64,000 nt of DNA from Bacillota bacterium (lineage in GTDB: Bacteria; Bacillota; Clostridia; Saccharofermentanales; DTU023): positions 20,282 to 84,281 of the forward strand of contig JAEWER010000028.1 of the NCBI GenBank assembly GCA_023389255.1. Reading direction: 5' to 3'. The notes under the pieces are model-generated. The model saw only the letters and a program-made list of their open reading frames with translations. It was not told the origin of the DNA and ran no database searches. Every line of letters starts with the position of its first letter. Position 1 is the stretch's first letter. Shown here piece by piece: positions 37,577 through 46,939 of this stretch. The position numbers and the translations under genes were made by a program.

Positions 37577-39442
37577 ATGGATTTTCCGAGAATTCGTTTA
37601 ACAATGGCACAAGCCTTAGTCAAATTCATGGATAACCAATATGTTGAATTTGATGGCAAGGAACAAAAGTTTGTGCACGGTGTCTTCGGCATCTTTGGCC
37701 ATGGTTGCGTAACTGGTGTCGGCGAGGCGCTGGAATACATGGATCACGATCTGAAGTTTTATCAAGGTAAAAATGAGCAATCTATGGGTTTAGCTGCCAT
37801 GGCGTACGCTAAACAATTAGATCGTAGAGCCATCATTCCCTGCGTTTCTTCGATTGGTCCTGGTGCCACCAACATGGTAACTGCAGCGGCGTGTGCTACT
37901 GCTAATCGCATCCCGTTGTTGGTATTACCGGGAGACACCTTTGCAACACGTCAACCTGATCCAGTATTACAACAAGCTGAAATTTTCAGCAGTATCGGCA
38001 CCACAGTTAATGATTCATTTCGTGCAGTGTGTCGATATTTTGATCGCATCAATCGTCCTGAGCAATTGATGAGTGCACTGTTGCAAGCTTTCCGTGTATT
38101 GACCGATCCAGCGGAAACAGGAGCTGTCTGCATTGCGATGCCACAAGATGTTGAGGCAGAAGCTTATGATTATCCAGCTTATTTCTTTGAAAAGCGTGTT
38201 TGGCATATGGATCGTCGTCCTTTGGCGGTACCACAAGGTCAACGCTTAGAAGAGCTGATCAAGCAGAGCAAACGTCCACTGATGATTGTTGGTGGTGGTG
38301 TTCGCTACTCAGATGCTGGTGCAGAAGTTGTGAAACTAGCTGAACATTGCCAGATTCCTTTTGCCGAAACACAAGCTGGCAAAGGATTGATTCGTTGGGA
38401 TCATCCGCTAAATATGGGCGGTATCGGTGTAACTGGTACTGAATGCGCAAATTTAGTAGCCCAAAAAGCAGATTTGGTTATTGGCATTGGTACACGTTTC
38501 TCCGATTTCACAACTGCTTCAAAATGGTTATTTAAGAATCCAGAATGCAAATTCATTTCTATCAATGTATGTGGATTTGATTTAGTCAAACTAAATGCTC
38601 ATGGTATTCAAGCTGATGCCAAAGAAGCCTTGCAAGGAATGTATGAATTCTTAAATGACTATCAATCAGCTTATGAAGAAGATGAACTGAAGAACTTAAA
38701 AGAAAATTGGATCAAAGAAGCTAATCGTTTATTTGCTCAGCCTGGTCAAAAATTTAATCAGGTCGCAGCTGTGGGCATTATCAATCAGTTCATGGCAGAT
38801 GAAGATATCGTTTGCTGTGCAGCTGGTAGCTTGCCGGGTGATTTACAGCGTCTGTGGCGTCCAGGCAACAGTCATTCCTACCATGTTGAATATGGCTATT
38901 CCAACATGGGATATGATTTGAATGCTGGTCTGGGTATTAAGCTGGCAGCACCAAATTCTGAAGTGTTTACCATGGTGGGAGATGGTGGCTATTTAATGTT
39001 GAATGCAGAAGTCCATACCATGGTGCAGGAGCGAGCAAAGGTCAATATCATGTTGTTTGACAACATGGGGTGGGGCTGTATTGAAAGCCTGCAAAACAGT
39101 CATGGCGGTAATAGCTACGGTACTTGCTTCCAAGTTAGAAGAGAGGGAGAAGCAGTGCCTAAGGGAGATTTGATTCCTGTTGATTTCGCTATGAATGCTA
39201 GATCGTTAGGGTGTGCAGCCTATACCTGCCATAACGCTGAAGAACTCAAGCAAGCGTTGGTGGACAGCAAGAAAATAACAGATAAACCTGTGCTATTTGA
39301 TATTAAGGTTGACCATGCTTCTATGAGTAAAGGCTATGAATCATGGTGGCGTGTAGGTGTAGCAGAAGTTTCAGAGTCAGAAGAGGTGCGTAAGGCATAC
39401 GCTGACAATGTTGCTCATATTAAACAAACTCGGGATTATTAA
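37577..39442 (+). CDS. iolD: 3D-(3,5/4)-trihydroxycyclohexane-1,2-dione acylhydrolase (ThDP enzyme)
   Basis: IRLTMAQALVKFMDNQYVEFDGKE.KFV.GVFGIFGHG N-terminus and overall length are typical of IolD. GDGGYLM ThDP motif. Confidence 0.9.
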   Translation: MDFPRIRLTMAQALVKFMDNQYVEFDGKEQKFVHGVFGIFGHGCVTGVGEALEYMDHDLKFYQGKNEQSMGLAAMAYAKQLDRRAIIPCVSSIGPGATNMVTAAACATANRIPLLVLPGDTFATRQPDPVLQQAEIFSSIGTTVNDSFRAVCRYFDRINRPEQLMSALLQAFRVLTDPAETGAVCIAMPQDVEAEAYDYPAYFFEKRVWHMDRRPLAVPQGQRLEELIKQSKRPLMIVGGGVRYSDAGAEVVKLAEHCQIPFAETQAGKGLIRWDHPLNMGGIGVTGTECANLVAQKADLVIGIGTRFSDFTTASKWLFKNPECKFISINVCGFDLVKLNAHGIQADAKEALQGMYEFLNDYQSAYEEDELKNLKENWIKEANRLFAQPGQKFNQVAAVGIINQFMADEDIVCCAAGSLPGDLQRLWRPGNSHSYHVEYGYSNMGYDLNAGLGIKLAAPNSEVFTMVGDGGYLMLNAEVHTMVQERAKVNIMLFDNMGWGCIESLQNSHGGNSYGTCFQVRREGEAVPKGDLIPVDFAMNARSLGCAAYTCHNAEELKQALVDSKKITDKPVLFDIKVDHASMSKGYESWWRVGVAEVSESEEVRKAYADNVAHIKQTRDY

Positions 39443-39458
39443 TCCAAAGGAGGATAAA

Positions 39459-40466
39459 GTGATTAAATTAGGTGTTATCGGTACAGGCCGCATCGGTAAA
39501 TTACATGTTGAAAACATCAATAAATTTGTGCCGGATGCAAAGGTCATTGCTGTAGCTGATGTGATGATCGATTACAGCCGTGAATGGGCAAAAGAGCAAG
39601 GCATTGAACATGTCTACCAGGATTACAATGAACTCTTGCAAAATCCTGAAGTAGACGCCGTGGTCGTAGCTACATCCACAGATACCCATGCAACTGTGGC
39701 TATTGCTGCCTGCAAAGCTGGTAAAGACATTTTCTGTGAGAAACCAGTTGATACTTCAGTAGCTAAAATTAAAGAGGTTTTGGCTGCAGTTAAAGAAGCT
39801 GGTGTCAAATTCCAAGTTGGCTTTAACCGTAGATTTGACCACAATTTCCGTCGAGTACGTGAATTTGTAGAAAATGGCACAGTGGGTGAACCGCATCTAT
39901 TGCGTGTTACCAGTCGTGATCCAGCCCCCCCTTCAGTTGAATATATCGCTTCTTCAGGTGGTTTATTCCTAGATATGATGATTCACGACTTTGATATGGT
40001 GCGTTATCTGAGTGGAAGTGAAGTCAAAAAAGTTACTGCGTTTGGTGCAAATCTGATTGATCCAGCAATTGGCAAAGCAGGCGATATCGATACAGCTACT
40101 GTGACTTTGGAACTAGAAAATGGTGCACTAGCTGTTATTGATAACAGTCGTCAAGCGGTTTATGGCTATGACCAAAGAGTGGAAGTATTTGGCTCCAAAG
40201 GTGTAGCGCAAGCGTTTAATGACAAGCCTTCTAATGTGGAGGTTTCAACGGCTGATGCAGTAACCACCGATAAAATCCGCTATTTCTTCTTAGATCGCTA
40301 TACGGGTGCCTTTGTTGATCAATTTGTCAGCTTTATCAAGGCGCTGAAAGGCGAAGCTGAAGTTCCGGTTGATGCTCTAGATGGTTTGCGTGCAGTAGAG
40401 GTTGCTTTAGCAGCAACTGAGTCACTGCGTTCAGGTAAAACCATCACCATGGAATACGATCAATAA
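39459..40466 (+). CDS. iolG: myo-Inositol 2-dehydrogenase (Gfo/Idh/MocA)
   Basis: IKLGVIGTGRIGKLH Rossmann fold, EKP motif (FCEKPV) and GFNRRFD. GTG start at 39459 with AAAGGAGG RBS; the track ORF start overlaps the end of iolD. Confidence 0.85.
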   Translation: MIKLGVIGTGRIGKLHVENINKFVPDAKVIAVADVMIDYSREWAKEQGIEHVYQDYNELLQNPEVDAVVVATSTDTHATVAIAACKAGKDIFCEKPVDTSVAKIKEVLAAVKEAGVKFQVGFNRRFDHNFRRVREFVENGTVGEPHLLRVTSRDPAPPSVEYIASSGGLFLDMMIHDFDMVRYLSGSEVKKVTAFGANLIDPAIGKAGDIDTATVTLELENGALAVIDNSRQAVYGYDQRVEVFGSKGVAQAFNDKPSNVEVSTADAVTTDKIRYFFLDRYTGAFVDQFVSFIKALKGEAEVPVDALDGLRAVEVALAATESLRSGKTITMEYDQ

Positions 40467-40471
40467 AAATA

Positions 40472-40507
40472 AGCGAATTGTAACAGTTATAGCTGTTGCA
40501 ATTCGCT
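40472..40507 (+). terminator. 15-bp stem-loop after iolG (terminator-like or RNA-stability hairpin, no 3' U-tract)
   Basis: AGCGAATTGTAACAG-ttatag-CTGTTGCAATTCGCT with a single G-U wobble. Followed by AAAATAATC rather than a T-run. Confidence 0.6.
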
Positions 40508-40519
40508 AAAATAATCTAT

Positions 40520-40533
40520 AGCAAACGTTTGAA
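40520..40533. promoter_or_regulatory. Operator-like palindrome AGCAAACGTTTGAA upstream of iolE
   Basis: Contains the perfect 10-bp palindrome CAAACGTTTG. Same motif family as the two sites in the locus leader. Lies 19 nt upstream of the iolE ATG. Confidence 0.5.
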
Positions 40534-40551
40534 ACGTTAAGTGAGGTAGCT

Positions 40552-41448
40552 ATGTTAGCAAAAGACAAAGTACATTTAGGAATTGCTCCGATCGGTTGGA
40601 CAAATGATGATATGCCCGATCTCGGCAAAGAAAACACATTTGAACAATGTGTAAGTGAAATGGCGTTGGCAGGATTTACAGGTTCAGAGGTTGGCAATAA
40701 ATATCCCAAAGATCCAGCTGTCTTAAAGCCTATGCTTGATATTCGTGGTATGAGAATAGCCAACCAATGGTTTTCATCGTTGCTGACATCAGAGCCTTAT
40801 GAAGTGACTATTGAGAACTTCAAAAAACAACTTGAATTTCTTAAAGCTATGGGCGCTAAGGTAATCGGTGCTTCAGAGCAAGGAAATTCTATTCAAGGTA
40901 AACAAATTCCTATTTTAGGTGAGCAAAAACCTGTCTTTACTGATGAGCAATGGCAACTCATTGCTAAAGGTATGAACGAAATGGGCAAAATTGCTCGTGA
41001 TATGGGCATGACTCTAACGTACCATCACCATATGGGCACAGGCATTCAAACCATGGCAGAGGTAGACAAATTTTTGGAGCTGACTGATCCGGAATTAGTT
41101 TTCCTGCTGTATGATACAGGGCATTTTGCTTTCTCAGGTGAAGATCATGTGGTTGCCGTTGAACGCTACATGCCGCGAATTAAGCACGTGCACTTGAAAG
41201 ACATTCGTAGTTCAGTCATCGAGCAAGTGAGAAAAGAAAATAAGAGCTTCTTAGAGGCTGTGCGTATGGGTGCATTTACAGTACCTGGTGATGGCGATTT
41301 GGACTTCAAGCCTGTGTTTGAGGTGCTAGAAAAGAATAATTACAGTGGTTGGATGATTGTAGAAGCAGAGCAAGATCCAGCCAAAGCGAATCCTTTTGAA
41401 TACGCAGTAAAAGCGCGCAAGTTCATCCGCGAAAATACTGGTTTATAA
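40552..41448 (+). CDS. iolE: Inosose (2-keto-myo-inositol) dehydratase
   Basis: LGIAPIGWTNDDMPDLG...YHHHMGTGIQT...FTVPGDGDLDFKPVF...VEAEQDPAKANP is nearly collinear with Bacillus IolE. Confidence 0.9.
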   Translation: MLAKDKVHLGIAPIGWTNDDMPDLGKENTFEQCVSEMALAGFTGSEVGNKYPKDPAVLKPMLDIRGMRIANQWFSSLLTSEPYEVTIENFKKQLEFLKAMGAKVIGASEQGNSIQGKQIPILGEQKPVFTDEQWQLIAKGMNEMGKIARDMGMTLTYHHHMGTGIQTMAEVDKFLELTDPELVFLLYDTGHFAFSGEDHVVAVERYMPRIKHVHLKDIRSSVIEQVRKENKSFLEAVRMGAFTVPGDGDLDFKPVFEVLEKNNYSGWMIVEAEQDPAKANPFEYAVKARKFIRENTGL

Positions 41449-41459
41449 CACAGGTCATT

Positions 41460-42527
41460 ATGGTCACGATTAAAGACATTGCCGAAAAAGCTGGTGTTTC
41501 TTACTCAACAGTTTCTCGTTCGTTGAACGATTATGCAGGAACTAATGATGAAACTAAGAAACGCATTAAAGAGTTAGCTAAGCAAATGGGCTACGAGCCT
41601 AACGATATCGCACGTTCTTTGGTGACCAGAAGATCAAATACTGTTGGTTTTGTTTTACCCGATATTGCGAATCCTTTCTTTGCTGATATTTTGTCTGCCA
41701 TCAATGAGATAGCAGAAATGCATGGATTTAACACTCTGGTTTGTAGTACGGGATGGAATGCTGATAAAGAATTACAAGCCCTAAAAATGCTCTCGTCTAA
41801 GCGGGTGGATGGCATAGTTTTATACCCCGCCCGCTTGATCGAGGACGATCGCTTAGAAGTGATCAAACCTCCGGTCATAGTGATGGGCAGACCGTATGAT
41901 CCAGAAAAGAATAGGATCAAATGTGTGGAAGTAGATAATGATAAAGGCGCACGTTTAGCTATAGATCATTTGGTGGCCAGTGGCTACAGCAGAATAGCTT
42001 ATTTAGGTGGACCGAATCATTCTCTTTCCAACATTATTCGCAAACAAGCTTTTGCAGATGAGCTAATCAAAAAGCAGTTCGCTTGTAACGAAGAGTGGAT
42101 TAGCGACGGAGAATACACCATTGATAGTGGTTGTGAGCGTGCTAGAACGTTGCTTAAGCAGACTTCTAAAAACGCAAAACAACTACCAGATGCGCTACTC
42201 TGTGCCAACGATATGATCGCTTTGGGAGCGATGCAAGCAGTTGAAGAACTAGGGTTTAAGTTAGGCAAAGATATCGCAGTGATGGGTTTTGATGATGTTC
42301 AATATGCTTCTTTACCTCAGATACAGCTCTCTACTATCAGCATCCCACGTTTTGAATTAGGACGTATCTCTATGCAGATGCTGATAGAGGCGATAGAACA
42401 GCAACCAATAGATAAAGCAGGACGTACCAACAATTCTAAGTACAATCTTGCGTTACAACAGGAAGTCAAAGGTTATAGAGTTTTGCTCTATCCAGAATTA
42501 ATCGTACGTAAAACAACAGTAAAGTAG
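41460..42527 (+). CDS. LacI-family transcriptional regulator
   Basis: N-terminal HTH (VTIKDIAEKAGVSYSTVSRSLN) and a periplasmic-binding-protein-like sugar-binding core. Confidence 0.9.
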   Translation: MVTIKDIAEKAGVSYSTVSRSLNDYAGTNDETKKRIKELAKQMGYEPNDIARSLVTRRSNTVGFVLPDIANPFFADILSAINEIAEMHGFNTLVCSTGWNADKELQALKMLSSKRVDGIVLYPARLIEDDRLEVIKPPVIVMGRPYDPEKNRIKCVEVDNDKGARLAIDHLVASGYSRIAYLGGPNHSLSNIIRKQAFADELIKKQFACNEEWISDGEYTIDSGCERARTLLKQTSKNAKQLPDALLCANDMIALGAMQAVEELGFKLGKDIAVMGFDDVQYASLPQIQLSTISIPRFELGRISMQMLIEAIEQQPIDKAGRTNNSKYNLALQQEVKGYRVLLYPELIVRKTTVK

Positions 42528-42536
42528 GTATTTAGA

Positions 42537-43799
42537 GTGCAATACACAGTAGCCATAGGAGAAAGAAAGCAGTCTGTCGAAATTCCTGAAGAATTAGTTT
42601 TGGCAGTTCTGGAGCAAAATGAGGTTCAGGTTGAACTCACTGGAGCTGATGCTGTAAGCCAAGCTATCAACAACCCTATAGGTAGTCCTAAACTGGAAGA
42701 AATCATCAAACCGGGTGAGAAGATTGCCATCATTACTTCAGATTTGACTAGACCGATACCTTCATACATCGTGTTGCCACCATTACTTGAGCGATTACGC
42801 AAAATTGGTTGTGCTAATGAAGACATAGTTATTGTGTTTGCTTTAGGATCACACCGTAAGCAGACTGAAGCAGAGATGCGTAAATTGGTAGGGGACCAAG
42901 TTTACGATAATTATCGCTGTGAGGATGGAGATATCGATGATGTGGTGCACATGGGCACTACAAGTAGTGGCACACCAGTTGATGTTTGTCGCACGGTTGC
43001 CGAAGCTGATCGCAGAATTTGTTTGGGCAATATTGAATACCACTACTTTGCTGGTTACAGTGGAGGTGCAAAGGCGATTATGCCTGGTGTTTCCACCAGA
43101 GCTGCGATTCAAGCTAATCACAGCATGATGGTTAGAGATACTGCAACTACTGGTAATGTTGATCACAACCCTGTACGTGATGATTTAGAAGAAGCGATCA
43201 ACTATTGTCCTATAGATTTTATTGTCAATGTGGTTCTCGATGAACACAAAAAAATTATTCATGCCGTGGCTGGTCACTTTATCACTGCTCATCGTAGCGG
43301 TTGTAAGTTCCTGGATAGCCTTTATCTCAAACCTATTGCTAAACGTGCAGATATTGTTATCTGTTCACAAGGTGGCAAACCGAAAGATTTGAATTTGTAT
43401 CAAACACAAAAGGCACTGGACAATGCTAAAAATGCGGTGCGTGACGGAGGCATCATAATTTTGGTGGGTTCTTGTCAGGAAGGATTAGGCGAAGGAGTTT
43501 TTGAACGTTGGATGTTGGAACATGATGAATCGTCCAGCATGATCAGTGATATTCAAAAACACTTTGAGCTAGGAGGGCATAAAGCCGCCGCGATTGCGAT
43601 GGTATTACAACGTGCTCGTATTTTCTTAGTTTCAGATATGGAGCATGAATTTGTCAGACGAATTTTTATGACTCCGTTCAACACAGTCCAAGAAGCCTAT
43701 GATCAGGCGAAAAAAGAGCTAGGAGAGCAAAGTGAAGTCATTATCATGCCGTATGGAGGTTCGACATTACCGCGCTGCCTAGCTGACAAAGATAAATAA
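42537..43799 (+). CDS. LarA-family nickel-pincer-nucleotide-dependent 2-hydroxyacid racemase/epimerase homolog
   Basis: DUF2088/LarA fold, 420 aa. Retains ALGSHR (His108-equivalent), EYHYFAGYSGGAK (His174 and cofactor-tethering Lys184 equivalents) and QANH (His200-equivalent). Confidence 0.85.
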   Translation: MQYTVAIGERKQSVEIPEELVLAVLEQNEVQVELTGADAVSQAINNPIGSPKLEEIIKPGEKIAIITSDLTRPIPSYIVLPPLLERLRKIGCANEDIVIVFALGSHRKQTEAEMRKLVGDQVYDNYRCEDGDIDDVVHMGTTSSGTPVDVCRTVAEADRRICLGNIEYHYFAGYSGGAKAIMPGVSTRAAIQANHSMMVRDTATTGNVDHNPVRDDLEEAINYCPIDFIVNVVLDEHKKIIHAVAGHFITAHRSGCKFLDSLYLKPIAKRADIVICSQGGKPKDLNLYQTQKALDNAKNAVRDGGIIILVGSCQEGLGEGVFERWMLEHDESSSMISDIQKHFELGGHKAAAIAMVLQRARIFLVSDMEHEFVRRIFMTPFNTVQEAYDQAKKELGEQSEVIIMPYGGSTLPRCLADKDK

Positions 43800-43833
43800 T
43801 GAGCTCAGCTCAAGTGATATGTAGGAGGTTCAC

Positions 43834-44868
43834 ATGTCAAAGGTAAAAGTAGGTGTAGCAGGTTATGGTGTCATTGGCCAAAGATTGGCTGATGGCGTTG
43901 CTCGTCAACAAGATATGGAATTAGTTGGTATTGCAGATATTGCTCCCACTTTATCCATTCGCGCTTTACATGAAAAAGGCATGCCTTATGATCTATATTT
44001 GGTCGATGGCGCTAAAAAAGAGGATTTTGAGAAATACGGCATCCCCACTAAAGGAAGTTTCGAAGATTTGGTCAACCAAGTTGATATCATGCTAGATTCT
44101 TCACCTGGTGGTGTTGGTATCAAAAATAAAGAGTTGTATGAACGCCTAGGCAAGAAAGCCATCTTCCAAGGTGGCGAATGCAATGAGGTAGCAGATGTCT
44201 TCTTCCACGGCTATGCTAACTTTGAGAAAGGTTTAGATCAAAAATATCTGAAGCTGACTTCTTGTAATACCACTGGTCTGATTCGTTCAGTGGATTGCTT
44301 AGATCGTGCTTATGGTATTAGCAATGTAGCTATCACCATTGTTCGACGTGTAGCCGATCCTGGCGATTACCACCGTGGATTAACCAATGCTTTGCGCATT
44401 GACAAGGCTCCCAGCCATCAAGCAGTAGACTTGATGACTATCATGCCTCATGTAGAAGCAACAGGTATCTTAATCCATACACCTGTCACCCATGGTCATA
44501 TCATTACAGTCGTAGCTAAAGGTAAAGAAAAAATTACCAAAGAGATGGCTTTAGAGGCTTTTGCTAAACACGATCGTATTCGTTTGGTTTCAATCGATGA
44601 AGGCTTCTTAGGTAACGCATCTCTATTCCGCTATGCTCGTGATTTAGGTAATCCTCGTGGCGATATGTATGAAATCGCTATCTGGAAAGATTCAATTGTT
44701 GAAACAGGCGATGGTATCATGTACGCCATCAATATTCCTCAAGAAGCAGTTACTATTCCTGAAACTATGGACGCAATTCGCGCAGCCACTGGTATGCAAA
44801 ATTCCCGTGAAGAAGGAACTGCTAAAACCAATGAATATTTAGGTTTAGGAAAATGGAAAAACAAATAA
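43834..44868 (+). CDS. Type II (archaeal-type) glyceraldehyde-3-phosphate dehydrogenase family protein
   Basis: Collinear with archaeal GAPDH: VGVAGYGVIGQRLAD, active-site SCNTTGL, IVRRVADP. 344 aa. Strong AGGAGG RBS. Confidence 0.85.
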   Translation: MSKVKVGVAGYGVIGQRLADGVARQQDMELVGIADIAPTLSIRALHEKGMPYDLYLVDGAKKEDFEKYGIPTKGSFEDLVNQVDIMLDSSPGGVGIKNKELYERLGKKAIFQGGECNEVADVFFHGYANFEKGLDQKYLKLTSCNTTGLIRSVDCLDRAYGISNVAITIVRRVADPGDYHRGLTNALRIDKAPSHQAVDLMTIMPHVEATGILIHTPVTHGHIITVVAKGKEKITKEMALEAFAKHDRIRLVSIDEGFLGNASLFRYARDLGNPRGDMYEIAIWKDSIVETGDGIMYAINIPQEAVTIPETMDAIRAATGMQNSREEGTAKTNEYLGLGKWKNK

Positions 44869-46088
44869 AGTCTTATAAAGAATTTTCTTATGCTGGGCGC
44901 AGAGTTCTTCTGCGTCTAGATATTAATTCTCCTTTAGATCCTAAGACCAAGCAAATTACCGATACTACTCGTATCGATAAAAGTTTGTCCACAGTTAATT
45001 ACCTGCTGGAACAAGGAGCTAAAGTAGCTATCATTGCGCACCAAGGCGATACTTTGGACTATCAGAATTTATATCCATTAGCCGAGCACGCCAAGATTCT
45101 AAGCGAAAAGACTGGTCGCAAAGTAGACTATATCGATGATGTATGTGGACCAGCTGCCATTGCTAAGATCAAGGAACTCTCAGATGGTGAGGCGATTATT
45201 TTAGGCAATTTGCGCTACTTAGCCGAAGAAATTTCTACTTTTGAAACAGTGGTTAAGTTGACTCCGCAAGAGATGACTAAAACTTGGCTAATTCGTAGCT
45301 TAAGCGAGCACTTTGATTACTATGTCAATGATGCCTTTTCCGCTGCGCATCGTGCTTGTCCCTCGATGGTTGCTTTCCAAGAAGTGTTACCATCGGCTGC
45401 TGGTGAATTATTCTTTGCTGAATATTCAGCGCTCAACAACGTGCTCAAACAGCCACAACATCCATCGGTATTTGTGCTCGGGGGCGCCAAAATTTCTGAT
45501 GCCTTTGGCATGATGGAACAGGTTCTAGTTAACGGTACTGCCGATAAAATTTTAACAACTGGCGTTACTGGCGTAGTGTTTCTGTTAGCTCAAGGTAAGA
45601 GCATTGGTAGTAAGTATGAGCAGTGGTTGCGAGATCGTAAGTTGTTGGACTTTGTTGAACCGGCAAAACGTTATTTGGAAGAATATGCCGGTAAAATCGA
45701 GGCTCCAGTCGACTTAGCGTACGCACAAAATGATGAAAGAAAAGAGTTAGATATTGCCCAACTACCCATGGACGATGCAATGTTCCTGGATATAGGCAGT
45801 GCTACAATAGAAAAGTATCAAGAGATTATTCAATCGGCGGCAACATTGTTTGTCAATGGCCCTGCTGGTGTCTACGAAGATCCGTTATTTGTTAAAGGTA
45901 CAGAAGCTCTCTGGCAAGCTATCGCAAAAGCGCCAGGACACTCTGTTATCGGTGGCGGAGATACCGTACAAGCTGCAGGCAAGTTTATTGATCTGACTGA
46001 CATAGGTTATGTCTGTACAGCGGGCGGTGCCATGGTCAGATTTATGACAGGCAAAAAACTTCCTCTGATTGAAGCGATGGAGAAATAA
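44853..46088 (+). CDS. Archaeal-type phosphoglycerate kinase family protein with an altered substrate motif
   Basis: RLDINSPLDPKTKQITDTTRI...GAKVAIIAHQGD...GNLRY..EE and the C-terminal GGGDT pattern. 411 aa. Overlaps the GAPDH-like gene by 16 nt. Confidence 0.8.
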   Translation: MEKQIKSYKEFSYAGRRVLLRLDINSPLDPKTKQITDTTRIDKSLSTVNYLLEQGAKVAIIAHQGDTLDYQNLYPLAEHAKILSEKTGRKVDYIDDVCGPAAIAKIKELSDGEAIILGNLRYLAEEISTFETVVKLTPQEMTKTWLIRSLSEHFDYYVNDAFSAAHRACPSMVAFQEVLPSAAGELFFAEYSALNNVLKQPQHPSVFVLGGAKISDAFGMMEQVLVNGTADKILTTGVTGVVFLLAQGKSIGSKYEQWLRDRKLLDFVEPAKRYLEEYAGKIEAPVDLAYAQNDERKELDIAQLPMDDAMFLDIGSATIEKYQEIIQSAATLFVNGPAGVYEDPLFVKGTEALWQAIAKAPGHSVIGGGDTVQAAGKFIDLTDIGYVCTAGGAMVRFMTGKKLPLIEAMEK

Positions 46089-46939
46089 TGATGGATAAAT
46101 CACAGAAATTTTCATTAGAAAAATTTGCTGCTGAGATTCGTCTGCACACCACTAAAGAAGTTGTAAAACGTGGCTTTGGCCACTTAGGCGGATCTCTTTC
46201 AGTAGTTGATGCTTTGGCTGTTTTATACGGCAAGCAACTAAAATGCGATCCCAAGAATCCTAAAGATCCTGATCGTGATTATTTAGTGATGAGCAAAGGT
46301 CATGCGGGTCCCGCAGTTTATGCAACACTGGCTCTCAAAGGCTTTTTCCCCATTGAAGAGCTGGAAACTTTGAACCAACCAGGCACAAATTTGCCCAGCC
46401 ATTGTGACCGCAATAAGACAATCGGTGTAGATGCTACCACTGGTTCCTTAGGACAAGGTTCATCTCAAGCCTGTGGTATCGCTTTAGGCAACAAATTAGC
46501 TGGCAGACAAAATTATACCTATCTGTTCACCGGTGATGGTGAGAGTAACGAAGGACAAATTTGGGAAGCCGCCTTGTTTGCCAGTCAACAAAAACTGGAT
46601 CATCTGATTTGGTTTGTTGATTACAACCGTAAGCAACTTGATGGTGCTACCGATGAAGTCATGAGTATGGGTTCCATTGTTGATAAGTTTAAAGCTTTTG
46701 GATTTCATGCTGTGGAAGTAGATGGACACGATGTTTGCGCAATTGATGATGCCATCGAGCAAGCTAAACAAGTTAAGGATCAACCTTCTTGCATCGTCTT
46801 GAACACCATTAAGGGTAAGGGTTTAGACGAACTAGAGAAGATGGCATTGAATCACCATATCGCCATCGATGAAGCTTTCGGCAAATCATCAGTGGCATTC
46901 TTTGAGGAAGCTTTAGCCACAATGAAGGAGGAAGCCTAA
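46088..46939 (+). CDS. Transketolase, N-terminal (PP-domain) subunit
   Basis: SKGHAGPAVYA and ThDP motif GDGESNEGQIWEA...DYNRKQLDG. 283 aa, split-type. Confidence 0.9.
   Translation: MMDKSQKFSLEKFAAEIRLHTTKEVVKRGFGHLGGSLSVVDALAVLYGKQLKCDPKNPKDPDRDYLVMSKGHAGPAVYATLALKGFFPIEELETLNQPGTNLPSHCDRNKTIGVDATTGSLGQGSSQACGIALGNKLAGRQNYTYLFTGDGESNEGQIWEAALFASQQKLDHLIWFVDYNRKQLDGATDEVMSMGSIVDKFKAFGFHAVEVDGHDVCAIDDAIEQAKQVKDQPSCIVLNTIKGKGLDELEKMALNHHIAIDEAFGKSSVAFFEEALATMKEEA

Noticed and set aside
43834-46088. Interpreting the GAPDH and PGK genes as the organism's ordinary glycolytic pair
   Set aside because: This is not excluded, but I consider it less likely. Both are archaeal-type, they are embedded in a LacI-regulated catabolic locus, and the PGK has an Arg to Asp change in the substrate-phosphate motif. 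It needs the whole-genome check listed in the findings.
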